Shown in pieces: positions 51,484 to 62,300 of a stretch of DNA of 64,000 bases. The notes below the pieces were generated by a model. The model did no database searches and had not been told where the DNA came from. It saw nothing but the letters and a program-made list of their open reading frames with translations. How positions within the stretch are numbered: the first letter of the stretch is position 1; each line of letters begins with the position of its first letter. Source of the DNA: Macrostomum lignano (Eukaryota); contig NIVC01000764.1 of assembly GCA_002269645.1 (NCBI GenBank), forward strand, positions 209,749-273,748. The letters run 5' to 3'. The translations under genes and the position numbers were made by a program.

Positions 51484-53553
51484 TGGATGCTGTTTTTCGA
51501 CGAAATCAAGTTAAGGAAAGACGCACTGAGTAGCGAATTTTACTCAAGGGGCCATGAGTAGCTGAAAACGCATAAGCAGGCCTGCGTGTAGGGACTGAAG
51601 TCTGCTTATAGCTTCATGGCTTAGAATGTAAAACTTTACGCACAGACCCTATTTACGACCGGGAGTTCGGGCCATTTAAGTAACCATGCAGTTGCATTGG
51701 CGCTACAAACAGAGAGAATATTTCGTGCCAAACATCGGAGTACACTACGCAGAGGTAGGAATGGAGGCAGAGCAAGATTTTTAGAACTTGATCCTGGAGT
51801 GCCAACTCTACTACAAACACGCATTTAGTACCTATTGAGGCTGATGTATCTGTTCAATTTCAACCGAAGTAGATAGGCGAGTTTCTGTGCTAAAATTGCC
51901 ATTCTTGCTAAAATTGCCATAACTTCCACTCATCTTGACAAATTTATTCAAAGTCCCTCTTATTGTAAATCTCAATAAGTTCTTCGAATTGCAGCAGCAA
52001 CAGAAGTAGGAACTTATTCAGCTTTAAAATGAGGCAGAGTTTCTGAGATTTGGTTATGGTTGGTTGGTAATGGCAGTTTTAGCAAAATGTGACTGATACA
52101 CAAGACTCGCCCGTCTGCCGCGGTAAATTGAACAACTGCTCTAAGCCTCAAATGATACGAAAATACGACGTAGGTGCTAAAGGTAGAGTTGGTATTCCAG
52201 GTCCTAGTTCTAGAACTCCTTGGCTGGGTGCAGGGGTTGGATGGGAGAGAGGGGGGTGAGGCTGAAATTGTCTGTGCATTAGTCAGCATAGAAGAGCTCG
52301 AGAGAATGGCTTTGTTGGCTTTGGCTTTGTCAAAGAAAGAAAGAAATGCATAATAACGCCAGCACTGTGTTAGGCGGTTTTATATTGAGCAGCTATAGAT
52401 ATTCTAGTTAGTTTGCTCAGCGCAGAAGCTTTGAATGCTGGCTATACTCCGCACTTTTTGGTATTGGACAGTTCATTTTGCTGTCACACGCACATGCATG
52501 GATACTCCCACGGGCAAGGGTGTACGCACGAACAACATACGACTAGGCAAAGAATGTACACACTCTGTGCTTTTAAGTTGGCTCTTATGAGAGTCAATCG
52601 CACAAGCCTCCCATTCAGCATTGGTTTGTTCATGAGCCACCGGTTAAAACAGAAACTGAAGGAATAAATAGGTACATTTTGCGCTTTAAAAAGAATCTGA
52701 AAGTGTTAGACAGTAGAGTGGTTTCGCTGAGACAACGGGCTCTACATGAGTCAAGTTCAGCAGATGCTTGTACTATAGGCGATAGAACGGTTTAGGGCAA
52801 TTAATTACTCAGAGCTCTTGCCTTTTCCCATGAGTCGTAATTGCTGTATAGTAATTGCTTCTCACTGCCTTTCGTGGTCAAAGGTGCCGGTCAGGATTGG
52901 CGGCAGTTGGTTGTATCCATCCAACTCCTTTTATGGAGAGCGCCGGTGTGTCACGTCTTATAGAATTTCTGCGTTGTTTTATTCGTCTGAATGAAATAAG
53001 ACGACAAACGTACTTGGCCAGATACTTTTCAGTTATCCAAACTCATTCGGTCATCTTGAATTCCTCTCTGAGCAGAAACTATCTTATGCCTTATCTTATT
53101 CGTCTTAAAATATACCAACATTGCGAGAAGACAATAAATGATTACTGCAAAGTAAATTGCAACAAAAAGACAACAACAATCCAGAACTGATTGAAGTACT
53201 CGTACACAAAATTAGTCAATGCACTTTATCATATTTATAAGATGTGAAAAATAAATTTATCGTAAATAGCTAATTTAGCCTGTCCTTTAGATAAATCCTG
53301 CACATTTTACAAATACATGTATAAGCAAAGAAATTACGAGCATATGTTGAATTATCAAATTTCCTTATCGATTAAGTCCTACGAGCTTTCTAGGTCTTTC
53401 ATTAAGTTGACATTGGTCCTCAGCACAGAGTTTCTTTGTGTGAGTCAAGTTAGAAACCTTTTTAGTCTCTAGTTCATACCAAGCATTTCGATTATTTTAA
53501 TTAGAAGCCTAAAACTACTGTCAAATATTAGAAATTCTAATTATTTAAATCAC

Positions 53554-54377
53554 CTATTCGTGGTATTTCTTCAGGTGACGGCCATTGCTCGCTGTATATC
53601 TCCCTTCGAGTCCGTACAGGTTGTTGCTTAGGACACGTTCGACTGTGTAAACCTTGACGCACCATGGTGTCTTCACTTTGCTGCCTTTCCGATCGTCGCG
53701 GACAAAGTTCCGCAGCAGCACTTTGTCTCCGGTTTTGATGCTGAGGCTGCTGGCAGACGCCAGACGCTGCTGATGGTACTGCTGCATAGCTTGCTGCGCC
53801 CGACGGATGCGTCGACGCATCAACTCAATGGTCCGCCCACGCGCTTCTGCCTTTCTCTCTACATGACGAATCGTGACGTCACCGACCATGGCAACGTCTG
53901 CTGGTCCGATGCTGTCATGGGAAAGTCGTGGTTCGTTGCCGAACACGGCCTTGTAAGGCGAGACGCCAGTTGTCGAGTGCACGCGACTGTTGTACGCCAG
54001 AACTGCGCCATCGACATAATAATCATCCCATACCGCTGAGTCAGAGTCCTGGTCGCACATTTTGCACAGGGCTGCGACCAAGCTCTGGTTGAGGCGCTCG
54101 CACTGACCGTTGGTCTGAAAGAGCATAGTCAGTTATTTAATATCGAATACGATTTTATTCGAACTGGACTTATAACAGAGAGCATGTAAGGGAAAAATAT
54201 TCACTTCACTAACCTGGGGGGTGATAAGCAGAGGTTCGTCTCTTATCAATATTCTCAGACAGGGCAGCTCATTAGATTGTTGTTGAACTCTCGTCCCTGG
54301 TCGGTCAACAAGATGTCGGGCCAGGAGAAGACGCAGACGGCCTTGTACAGCTGTTCTGCGGCTGTCTGTGCGTCGTT
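53554..54377 (-). mobile_element. Ginger-type DDE integrase/transposase 3' part with a 99-bp intron, truncated by the Polinton
   Basis: TDQGREF...SAYHPQ|intron 54213-54115 (GT..AG)|TNGQCERLNQSL; C-terminal GDKVLLRN..RKGSK..NGRHLK. Confidence 0.82.
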
Positions 54378-54859
54378 AGTAGTATGAGTTTATGCAACTC
54401 TGCCGCACTTGCACTGCGGAGATAGGCGGTAATGTAAAAGGATAGTAGGGCGTAAAAGAGCCAGCTGAGATAGCCAATGGAAATAAGGGCGTGGGGTGGG
54501 TGTGATTGGCTGGGTGGTGAAACGCTTATGCAACTCTGCCGCACTGGGGGAGGCAGGTAGCAAAGCAAAGCATCGGAAGGTTTTGGAATAGCAGAGTAAA
54601 CAAATTAAAAACAAGGTAGGCATGGCGTGGAAACGTCCACCTCAATTTGTGCCTGGCTCGGCAACTCCTCAGCGTCCCCCACTGTATTTATCCTATAGCA
54701 TGTCTATGCACTATTTGTCAGTGCGGAGTGAAATAGATAAGAGAGAGGCTCTGATCTTCTTGAGTGTCTGGCTCTGGCGATTCTAATAAATGGGCAATAA
54801 ACTTTGTAACGGGTGCGGGGCTTGAGTGGAAAGGGTAGGGTTGGAAGTGGAGGTGAGGT

Positions 54860-55165
54860 TGGTGAGCTCTAAAACAGTTGTTCAACTCTGCCGCACTTTC
54901 ACTGTGCAGGGACAGAGAGGTGAGCTCTAAAAAACAGTTGTTCAACTCTGCCGCACTTTCACTGTGCAGGGACAGAGAGGTGAGCTCTAAAAAACAGTTG
55001 TTCAACTCTGCCGCACTTTCACTGTGCAGGGACAGAGAGGTGAGCTCTAAAAAACAGTTGTTCAACTCTGCCGCACTTTCACTGTGCAGGGACAGAGAGG
55101 TGAGCTCTAAAACAGTTGTTCAACTCTGCCGCACTTTAATGTGCAGGGACAGAGAGGTGGGCTCT
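54860..55165. repeat. 5 x 60/58-bp tandem array in the left terminal region
   Basis: gaggtgagctctaaaaaacagttgttcaactctgccgcactttcactgtgcagggacaga; core caactctgccgcact also at about 54396 and 54531. Confidence 0.95.
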
Positions 55166-55311
55166 AGGCGCACTTGCATTGTTAATAAATGAGCAATAAA
55201 CTTTGCAACGGGATGTGTGGCTGATGCCGACGAGCAGCCGCTGCTTGATGCCGAATAAGCAAAAAATGGGGTGGGTGCTCATTCTGACACCCACCCCACT
55301 CCGCTTTGAGG

Positions 55312-55320
55312 GTATATAAG
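55312..55320 (+). promoter_or_regulatory. TATA box upstream of the PC4 gene
   Basis: GTATATAAG, 86 nt before the ATG. Confidence 0.6.
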
Positions 55321-55405
55321 CCCCCGATTTTTTAAATTCAACGGTAAATCTATTTTTTTTCTTGAATTCGATTTCACAAGTTTTCGAAGTGATTTTGTGT
55401 GAACT

Positions 55406-56137
55406 ATGGATATTAGTGAAGGTTACAGAGTGCAGGTGCAAGAATTCGAAGGCCAGAAATACATCGCGATCAGGAAGTTTTACCGACATGGCAGCACAGC
55501 AAGCCTCAAGCCTGGTGTTCCTGGCTTCAACCTGAATGTGCAGCAGTGGACGAAGCTAAAGGACTTAAAGCGCTCCCTGGTGAAGTTGGCTCTGAACAAC
55601 GAGCTCAAGGTCATCAAGCTGGGCTTCGACAAATTTGTTCAAGTCAAGGATGGCCTCATCTGGCTAAAGCGGCTGCCTGAGGACTGCTGTGATGAATTTA
55701 TGAAGCGCAACACCGTGCCACTGTCTCCGAAGCTCTGGCAGAAGCTGTGGCAGACTTCGGACTGGATAGACCAGCAGCTATCAGAGCCCTACCAAGGTGC
55801 GGGGGCGAAGTACGAGCTGAGCTCATCCGAAGATGAGGACGAAGACGCCACCCTCATACTGCCGGTCAAGACTGAGGCTGCTGAAGGCGAGGAGGAGGTC
55901 GGCTCACCATCAGAGATGACAACCGACATCGAGGCTGTGACTTCCACACCTTTGGCCAGAGCCGGCACATCGACTGGGAACATCCCGGCGGAGGACACGG
56001 ACCTACAGCAGGATCCGGTGTGGTACCGATTCCGGGCTCATGCCGCTGAGGTGGAGAACAATCGGAAGCGGAAACTGCCGTATCCTCTGCGCAGGCAGGA
56101 GACAATGAAGGTGTCTAAGCTGCGTTTTGAAGACTAA
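55406..56137 (+). CDS. Tandem PC4/Sub1-like ssDNA-binding domains + acidic tail
   Basis: VQVQEFEGQKYIAIRKFY..KPGVPGFNLNVQQWTKLK, and a second copy LGFDKFVQVK..VPLSPKLWQKL..DWIDQQL. Confidence 0.8.
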   Translation: MDISEGYRVQVQEFEGQKYIAIRKFYRHGSTASLKPGVPGFNLNVQQWTKLKDLKRSLVKLALNNELKVIKLGFDKFVQVKDGLIWLKRLPEDCCDEFMKRNTVPLSPKLWQKLWQTSDWIDQQLSEPYQGAGAKYELSSSEDEDEDATLILPVKTEAAEGEEEVGSPSEMTTDIEAVTSTPLARAGTSTGNIPAEDTDLQQDPVWYRFRAHAAEVENNRKRKLPYPLRRQETMKVSKLRFED

Positions 56138-56504
56138 GCTGGAGGTTGGATGTGACTGATGAGACTCAATGGATAATTCAGTTTGGTTAGCTTTTGTCTA
56201 ATTTTATTCAGCTAATTTAAGTTTTGACAATTGTCGTAACCGTTTAGTCTTATTTATTCAGGTGTTAACAAACCAAGTTTATACTTAAATGCATGCAATT
56301 TATACTTATTTGCACTACTCAGTGTTACTATTTCCTGCAATCTTCTTTTCAAGATCACCAACTGTTCGCAGTCCCCAAGTTAAAAAATATAATAAGTGTA
56401 CGCTGTATGAGTTTAATATTGGAATATAACATGTCTTTAAAAACGCCAATCGTTGTTCTTAAGAAGAACATACCTGCGTACGTCTGGTTCTTTTTCATTT
56501 GAGG

Positions 56505-57571
56505 ATGGAAAAAATTTACTTTGACCCACAACAGCCGGCTAGTTTTTCTAGTGCTTCCAAACTGTTGAATGAAGTTAGGAGAAGAGGAGATCGCATATCC
56601 ACTAAGTGCATAGAACAGTGGCTCAGTGAGCAGCCAGTGCACACCCTACACAAGCCAGCTAGAAGGCGATATCCAAGGGCCCCAATCATAGTGCGGGCTA
56701 TCGATGATCAGTGGGAACTTGACTTGGTAGAAATGATTCCTTTCGCAAAGTATAATAAAGGCTACAAATATATTCTTACATGTATTGACGTACTGTCAAA
56801 GTGTGCTTGGGCCAAGGCACTGAAAAATAAAACTGCTACAGAAGTGAAGTCAGCTTTCGAGAGCATACTGAGAAGTTCAAAGCGCCAGCCACACACAGTT
56901 CGCACAGATCAGGGGAAGGAATTTATCAACTCCACTTTCCGTCAATACTGTATTGACAGAGGGATTCTGGCTTTCCCAACTAACAGCGAGCAGAAGGCGG
57001 CTGTCATTGAGCGATGGAATCGGACTCTGAAAAGTAGAATGTGGCGCTACTTCACCTACAAGAGCACACTGCACTGGCTTGATGTGCTGCCTAAGCTGGT
57101 AAAATCTTACAACAATACTAACCACAGAAGCATCAAAATGGCACCCACTAGTGTCTGCAAAGAGAATGAATCTGAAGTGTGGATGAACCTGTACGATGGA
57201 AAAGCAGCCGAGACTCTAGAAAAATTAAGGAAGCCTAAGTTCGCTGAAAACCAGTCGGTGAGAATTTCCAATGCTCCACGGCTATTCAAAAAGGGATACA
57301 AAGCGAGCTGGAGTGAGGAAGTGTACACCGTGGTGAGCAGAGCCCCAAAACATTATCCCTACATGTACAAGATTAGGGACATGAAGGGGAAGAGATTCGA
57401 GGACTCTTCCATGAGCACGAGCTGCAGGCTGTCCCGGACTCACAGCGGCTGTATGTGATTGAGAAGATCCTGGAAACGGAGAAGCAGAAGGGAAAAATTC
57501 GCTATCTGGTGAAGTGGGCCGGCTACGACTCGACTGGCTGGGTGGATGAAAAAGACTTAAGAAAGGTTTAG
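56505..57571 (+). CDS. Polinton retroviral-type integrase with a C-terminal chromodomain (one frameshift)
   Basis: WELDLVEM, CIDVLSK, TDQGKEF, ERWNRTLK. Adding one G at 57386-57389 gives YVIEKIL..YLVKWAGYDSTGWV. Confidence 0.93.
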
Positions 57572-57590
57572 CTTTGGCACATCCCTCATC

Positions 57591-58418
57591 ATGAAGTTTA
57601 TCATTATAATGCGAACTATTTTGATTAACAGTGAGCATGCTGAAGGTACTCCTAGTGACTTTAATTTTTACCTGCCTTCACCTATTTACTTGGATCGAAA
57701 TGTAGACTATGAGGCAGGTCTGGCTAAAATCCATCTGCCTGCTGCATGGTTCAATGTTGACGAGCCTTACTGCTTCACTGTCTCAGATGGAAGAGAGCAT
57801 GAGGCCCTGGTTCTTCAACCCGGACGTTTTGCTAGAGTGGAGGAGCTGGTGAAGCGCCTGAATGAGCTGCTGGCCAACTCTGATTCGCTGTTCTTTGATG
57901 CAATGAGTGACAGGGAGTCTGAGATGGAGGCTGATGAGTCCGGCCTGATGGGGCGTAGTGGCAACAGGGAATTCGGTATGAAGTTCGAAATCCGCAACTC
58001 ACGAACTGTGGTGCACAACAACACGACGAGAGCAGAGCTGTTTCTCCCATCCAGCAAAATTCTGCATTGGCTGGGATTTGGAAACCAGGCTGTGAAAATC
58101 CAGCCAGGGAGCCGCGTGTCCGAGCATTGCATTGGCTGTCCGCGCACCAGCTTAATCAATGTACACTGCAGTGTCGTTGAGTCAACTAATTGCAACTGGG
58201 GCTCCTTGTTGAGAACAGTTGGAATGAAAGCTGGCATTGAATGGGGCAACTATCAAACAAAAATATTTAAGAAAACAATATTCTTCCCGATTCAACGAAT
58301 CAGTCTTCTTCACAGCATTCGAGTTCAGCTGCGGGACATCTATGGTTGCCCACTGATTGCCCAGACTCACAGCCCTGTTCTGCTCACAGTTCAGATTCGG
58401 GAGAAACGCATTCAATGA
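57591..58418 (+). CDS. Minor capsid protein (penton)
   Basis: SDFNFYLPSPIYL..YEAGLAKIHLP; INVHCSVVE..LLRTV; IRVQLRDIYG; located upstream of the MCP. Confidence 0.8.
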   Translation: MKFIIIMRTILINSEHAEGTPSDFNFYLPSPIYLDRNVDYEAGLAKIHLPAAWFNVDEPYCFTVSDGREHEALVLQPGRFARVEELVKRLNELLANSDSLFFDAMSDRESEMEADESGLMGRSGNREFGMKFEIRNSRTVVHNNTTRAELFLPSSKILHWLGFGNQAVKIQPGSRVSEHCIGCPRTSLINVHCSVVESTNCNWGSLLRTVGMKAGIEWGNYQTKIFKKTIFFPIQRISLLHSIRVQLRDIYGCPLIAQTHSPVLLTVQIREKRIQ

Positions 58419-58804
58419 ACTATCAGCAGCTAATCCAGCAATATTCGGGGGTGAGGACAGCACACGAAAAGCCTGCACTCTATGGCTGTGGGAGCTTTCC
58501 GGGGATCATGACAAACCAGCCTCCTCCAGCGGCTACATCATTATCCTCAACGCTTAGCAATGTCAGGCGCAAAAGAAATGCTGAAGCAAGTCCGAAACGA
58601 TTGAAGAAGAAGAAGCGCACCCGAAAGGCAACTGGTGGCGATCGCACCAATAAGAGGTGCAATGGAAGAAAGCCGAGCAAGGCTAGTAGGAAAAAGCTTA
58701 AGAATAGGAAGACGAAAGCAAAGAAGAATAGAGCAGGCGGAGGAAAGCGAAAGCAAAAAGTCAGCAAGAAAACTGTGAAACGCGTGCTCGACTCTCCGTC
58801 ATAG
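58415..58804 (+). CDS. Lys/Arg-rich putative core/DNA-condensing protein
   Basis: ATG overlaps the penton stop (ATGA); very basic C-terminal half; lies between penton and hexon. Confidence 0.65.
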   Translation: MNYQQLIQQYSGVRTAHEKPALYGCGSFPGIMTNQPPPAATSLSSTLSNVRRKRNAEASPKRLKKKKRTRKATGGDRTNKRCNGRKPSKASRKKLKNRKTKAKKNRAGGGKRKQKVSKKTVKRVLDSPS

Positions 58805-58806
58805 AC

Positions 58807-60051
58807 ATGGCTTACGGATTCAATCCCAGACTTGATTTATTTAAAACGCCCGTTTTACAAACCTGCATTGAAAAAGCTACTTATGTTGATATTCACCCAG
58901 TTAATTCCATTACTGCAAACTCCCCCATTGAATTTGACTGCCACCAATCTGCCGATGAATACACAGATCTGCTTAATTCTTTTCTTTATATTCGCTGCCG
59001 CCTTGTGAGACTGGATGGGGGTTTGCTGAGGGAGGATGTTCGAGATGGAGATGGCATCATCACCGATTGCAGAGACAGTGACGTGCACCCAGAAAACTTT
59101 GTTCTGTCTACAGCCTTCTCAGATGTAATTGTGAGCATTAACCAGCGAGTGGTGTCTGGTGGAGACCAGCTCTATCCCTACCATGCGTACTTCAAAGCAC
59201 TAATGAGCTCATCTGATGCCCAGCAACTAAAACTTTACCCAGCTGGCTTCCTGGAGCCGGACTCTGCAGCTGAAGAGCACACGGAGAGCCACAGGGAATC
59301 CCGATGGATGGAGTATGCGGGGCCACTCTTCAGCAATCTGCACTTGCACATCAAACTGGTCCCCAGCGATGGGGCCTTTGCCATCAGAACCCCGAATGCA
59401 AACAACGCGGCTTATCGCATGGAAATCTCTCACAGCATTCTGCATCTTCGCCGAGTCAAAGTGGTGCCCCACATCAGCCTGGCTCACGAGCAGGGGCTGA
59501 CAAACCAAAATGCACTGTATCCCATCGAGCGAACTGAAATGCAGAACTTCATCCTACCCCAGGGCATTCAATCTAAAAACATTGAAGGATTCACTCATGG
59601 AAAATTGCCGAAGTTCATCATGCTGGCCTTCGTGAGCCACCGAGCATTCAACGGTCATCATCACGCGAGTCCGTTCCAGTTCCAGAGCTTCAACCTCAGC
59701 CGGTTGGCTCTAAAGAAAGGTGGAGAGACCGTGTGCCACGGCGCCTTCACACCTGAAAACAATTCCTTTGTAAGAGAATACTTGCACTACATGAAAAGCT
59801 GTCAATCTGCAAGCAATTCGGTCCCGTGGATCCCCTACCAGCTCTTCTCCAACAACAACACGGTGTTTGCATTCGATCTCACACCAGAGGGAGCGGCTCT
59901 GTGGTACGGACAGAAGGAGGGCAACCTGCTGCTGGAGATTCGCTTCCGACAGGCTCTGGACGAAACGGTGTCCCTGATCGCTCTGTGCCTGTATGACTCG
60001 TTGATTGAGGTCACCAAGCACCGGGAGCTTTTGCTGGACTATTCCTCTTAA
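58807..60051 (+). CDS. Double jelly-roll major capsid protein (hexon)
   Basis: LDLFKTP.LQT.IE..YVDIHP..NSPIEF; YPYHAYF; LPKFIMLAFV; NTVFAFDLTP; GNLLLEIRF..AL. Confidence 0.92.
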   Translation: MAYGFNPRLDLFKTPVLQTCIEKATYVDIHPVNSITANSPIEFDCHQSADEYTDLLNSFLYIRCRLVRLDGGLLREDVRDGDGIITDCRDSDVHPENFVLSTAFSDVIVSINQRVVSGGDQLYPYHAYFKALMSSSDAQQLKLYPAGFLEPDSAAEEHTESHRESRWMEYAGPLFSNLHLHIKLVPSDGAFAIRTPNANNAAYRMEISHSILHLRRVKVVPHISLAHEQGLTNQNALYPIERTEMQNFILPQGIQSKNIEGFTHGKLPKFIMLAFVSHRAFNGHHHASPFQFQSFNLSRLALKKGGETVCHGAFTPENNSFVREYLHYMKSCQSASNSVPWIPYQLFSNNNTVFAFDLTPEGAALWYGQKEGNLLLEIRFRQALDETVSLIALCLYDSLIEVTKHRELLLDYSS

Positions 60052-60056
60052 TTGGC

Positions 60057-60566
60057 ATGGACGCAATTCAACTACTTAATCTCGCCAGAAAATTTTTGTC
60101 TTGCCGAAAATTTCTCATCATTACTTTACATTCACGCTATAAAAATGTTTTGCCTTTGAGTCTAAAAAGAAAATATCGATCAATTTCCTTTGAAAATAAG
60201 TTTGTTTTTGTTCTACTACAGCACAATGGTTCATTTGGTCATTGGGTGGTGTGCTATGTTGGACAAGGAAATTGCATTGAGCTGTTCAACTCCCTCGGCT
60301 GGGAACCTGAAATTTTATCTGTGGTTTATAATTTGTTTCGAGAGATTAAAACAACTGGCTTTTGGCTCCGAAGCAATATAAACAGATTTCAATGTGCTAA
60401 CTCTAATAAATGCGGAATGTTTTGCATCTATTTTGCTTATCAAAAGTTTCTGTTCAATCGGTCATTTGAGGGGATTTTGAAGCATTTGCATGCTAATGAA
60501 AAAAATCATTTGAATGATAGAATCTTACAGAGGTTTGAAGCCAACTTAAGAAAAAGATGTGCGTGA
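60057..60566 (+). CDS. Adenain-like cysteine protease
   Basis: GHWV, ELFNSLG, FQ...SNKCGMFCIYF. Confidence 0.9.
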   Translation: MDAIQLLNLARKFLSCRKFLIITLHSRYKNVLPLSLKRKYRSISFENKFVFVLLQHNGSFGHWVVCYVGQGNCIELFNSLGWEPEILSVVYNLFREIKTTGFWLRSNINRFQCANSNKCGMFCIYFAYQKFLFNRSFEGILKHLHANEKNHLNDRILQRFEANLRKRCA

Positions 60567-60589
60567 TTTCCAATATTAATGCATTAGAC

Positions 60590-61235
60590 ATGGCAGAAAA
60601 GCGAGTTTGCCACGATATCCGCCTCAGGCAGGGAAGCTGCATGATTGTCTGCGGGCCCACCAATGCAGGAAAAACAACCTTCATCAAACACCTGATCCAG
60701 TACAGAGACGTCATGTTTGATGTGAAGCCTGGCAGAGTTCTGTGGTACTATGGGATCTCACAGGCAGGCCATGCAGAACTGAGCAGCCTAGGTGTGCAGC
60801 TGCGCCAGGGATTTCCCACCAACATCGAGGCAGCACTTAGGCCCAATGACCTGGTTGTTTTCGATGACTTAATAGAGGAAACTTCAAACTCTGCTTCAAT
60901 GCGAAATTTTTTCACAGGAATCGCACATCACTTGCCGTGCTTTTTGGTGATGCTGACTCAGAATATATTTTTCAAGGGAAAAGAGTCGCGAACAATGAGC
61001 TTGAATGTAATGTACTTAGCTATCTTGAAAAACCCCAGAGACCAGCTGCAGATTGCAGCACTGGGCAGGCAGTGCTTTACAGAGAAGCCCGGCTTTCTGC
61101 TGTCAGTGTTCAAGCACGTGACCGCGCAGGGCAGGGGAGCCTACCTGTTCCTGACTTTCACCATCAACTCCCGATGAGCTGCGAGTGCGGGCCAGAATTT
61201 TACCCAACCAGCGACCCCATCTTGTATTTGCTTAA
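60590..61235 (+). CDS. A32/FtsK-like packaging ATPase (two 1-nt shifts near the 3' end)
   Basis: GPTNAGKT (Walker A), VVFDDL (Walker B), TQNIF, LKNPRD; restored end YLFLDFHHQTPDELRVRARIL. Confidence 0.92.
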
Positions 61236-61276
61236 GAAAGTGAAGCTTGTTTTTATCAGCTATTGTTTTCATCGCT

Positions 61277-61615
61277 ATGGAAGTGCTTGATTCACATGCA
61301 AGTATTTTTGCGGTTCTTGCGTCACCTAAATATACCGTGCGCTTCAAGCGGCTGTTGATAAAAAATTGTCCAAAAGAAGTGCGTTATTTTCTTGTCGAGG
61401 CCTGCCATAATCTCTTACAAAACAATATATCGTTTTCGCTCGATGAAAAAGCTGTTCTTGCAAAGTCAAAAGAGATAATTCGAAAGATTACTCACAAAAG
61501 AAGAAAGACAGACTTGTTGAAGGCTGGCTTCATTAAAATACTCCCGATTCTGCTTAAGCTGGTAAAGAAGAAGAAGCAAAATGAACAAATTTTCAGAAAT
61601 GGTTCTGATTCCTAA
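61277..61615 (+). CDS. Conserved small basic Polinton/adintovirus protein
   Basis: KRLLIKNCPKEV..LVEACHNLLQNNI..IIRKI resembles a recurrent Polinton ORF (from recollection). Confidence 0.6.
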   Translation: MEVLDSHASIFAVLASPKYTVRFKRLLIKNCPKEVRYFLVEACHNLLQNNISFSLDEKAVLAKSKEIIRKITHKRRKTDLLKAGFIKILPILLKLVKKKKQNEQIFRNGSDS

Positions 61616-62272
61616 AGCAGAGTATGAGATGTTGATGCAGAATTTGAAGCCAAATGAGAATAGCACTGACGCTAACTTGAAGCAGGCTCAGAAGAAATGC
61701 GATGATATCTTGTATGCCGAAGATTGTCCAGAAGATGTGAAAACCACCATGTATCAAAGTGCTATGCAAAGTTTGCTGGCCAAACGCAAGCACGCTGGAA
61801 AAGAAGGAGTACGCAATGCTGAAGCCAAGTTGATGAAAACAGAGACACCACAGATGAACACCTGGGAAGAGAAGATCAGCAAGTCGGTGCCACAGAAATT
61901 CAAAACCAGGGCTCGCAGTCTATGGACGATCCTGTCCACCAATCCAGAGCTGATTCGAGTTTGTGAAAACGGGAGGTGGAAATCACAGGCACGTCAATCC
62001 CTTCCTCAAACATACTGGACTTGATTCAGCACGCAGTGAGGGATTCGCCATGTGAGCGTGAACCAGTTGGGTGGAACGAGTTCATCGATTTGCTGCAGCA
62101 GAAAAAGCTTAATGTTCCGCTTTCCGCTGTTGGTAAATCAGTTAAAAAGAAAATGGCAAACAGCAGAGGGAGTGAACTGGAGAAAGAACAGGAGAGTCTA
62201 GTCAAGGGGTACGGGAGCAACACAGCCTGGCTGAAACTGCCTGCCAGAAAAGTATATAAGAAGGTGGACTGA
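61581..62272 (+). CDS. Conserved Polinton/adintovirus protein (one frameshift at 61971-61973)
   Basis: MVLIPK..YEML; VPQKFKTRARSLW; ENG(E)VEITGTSIPSSNILDLI..EPVGWNEF. Confidence 0.7.
62252..62260 (+). promoter_or_regulatory. TATA box upstream of the exonuclease-like/TBP-like genes
   Basis: GTATATAAG, identical to 55312-55320; 41 nt before ATG 62301. Confidence 0.55.
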
Positions 62273-62300
62273 CTCCGAAATTTCGAGGGAAAGCTGCATC

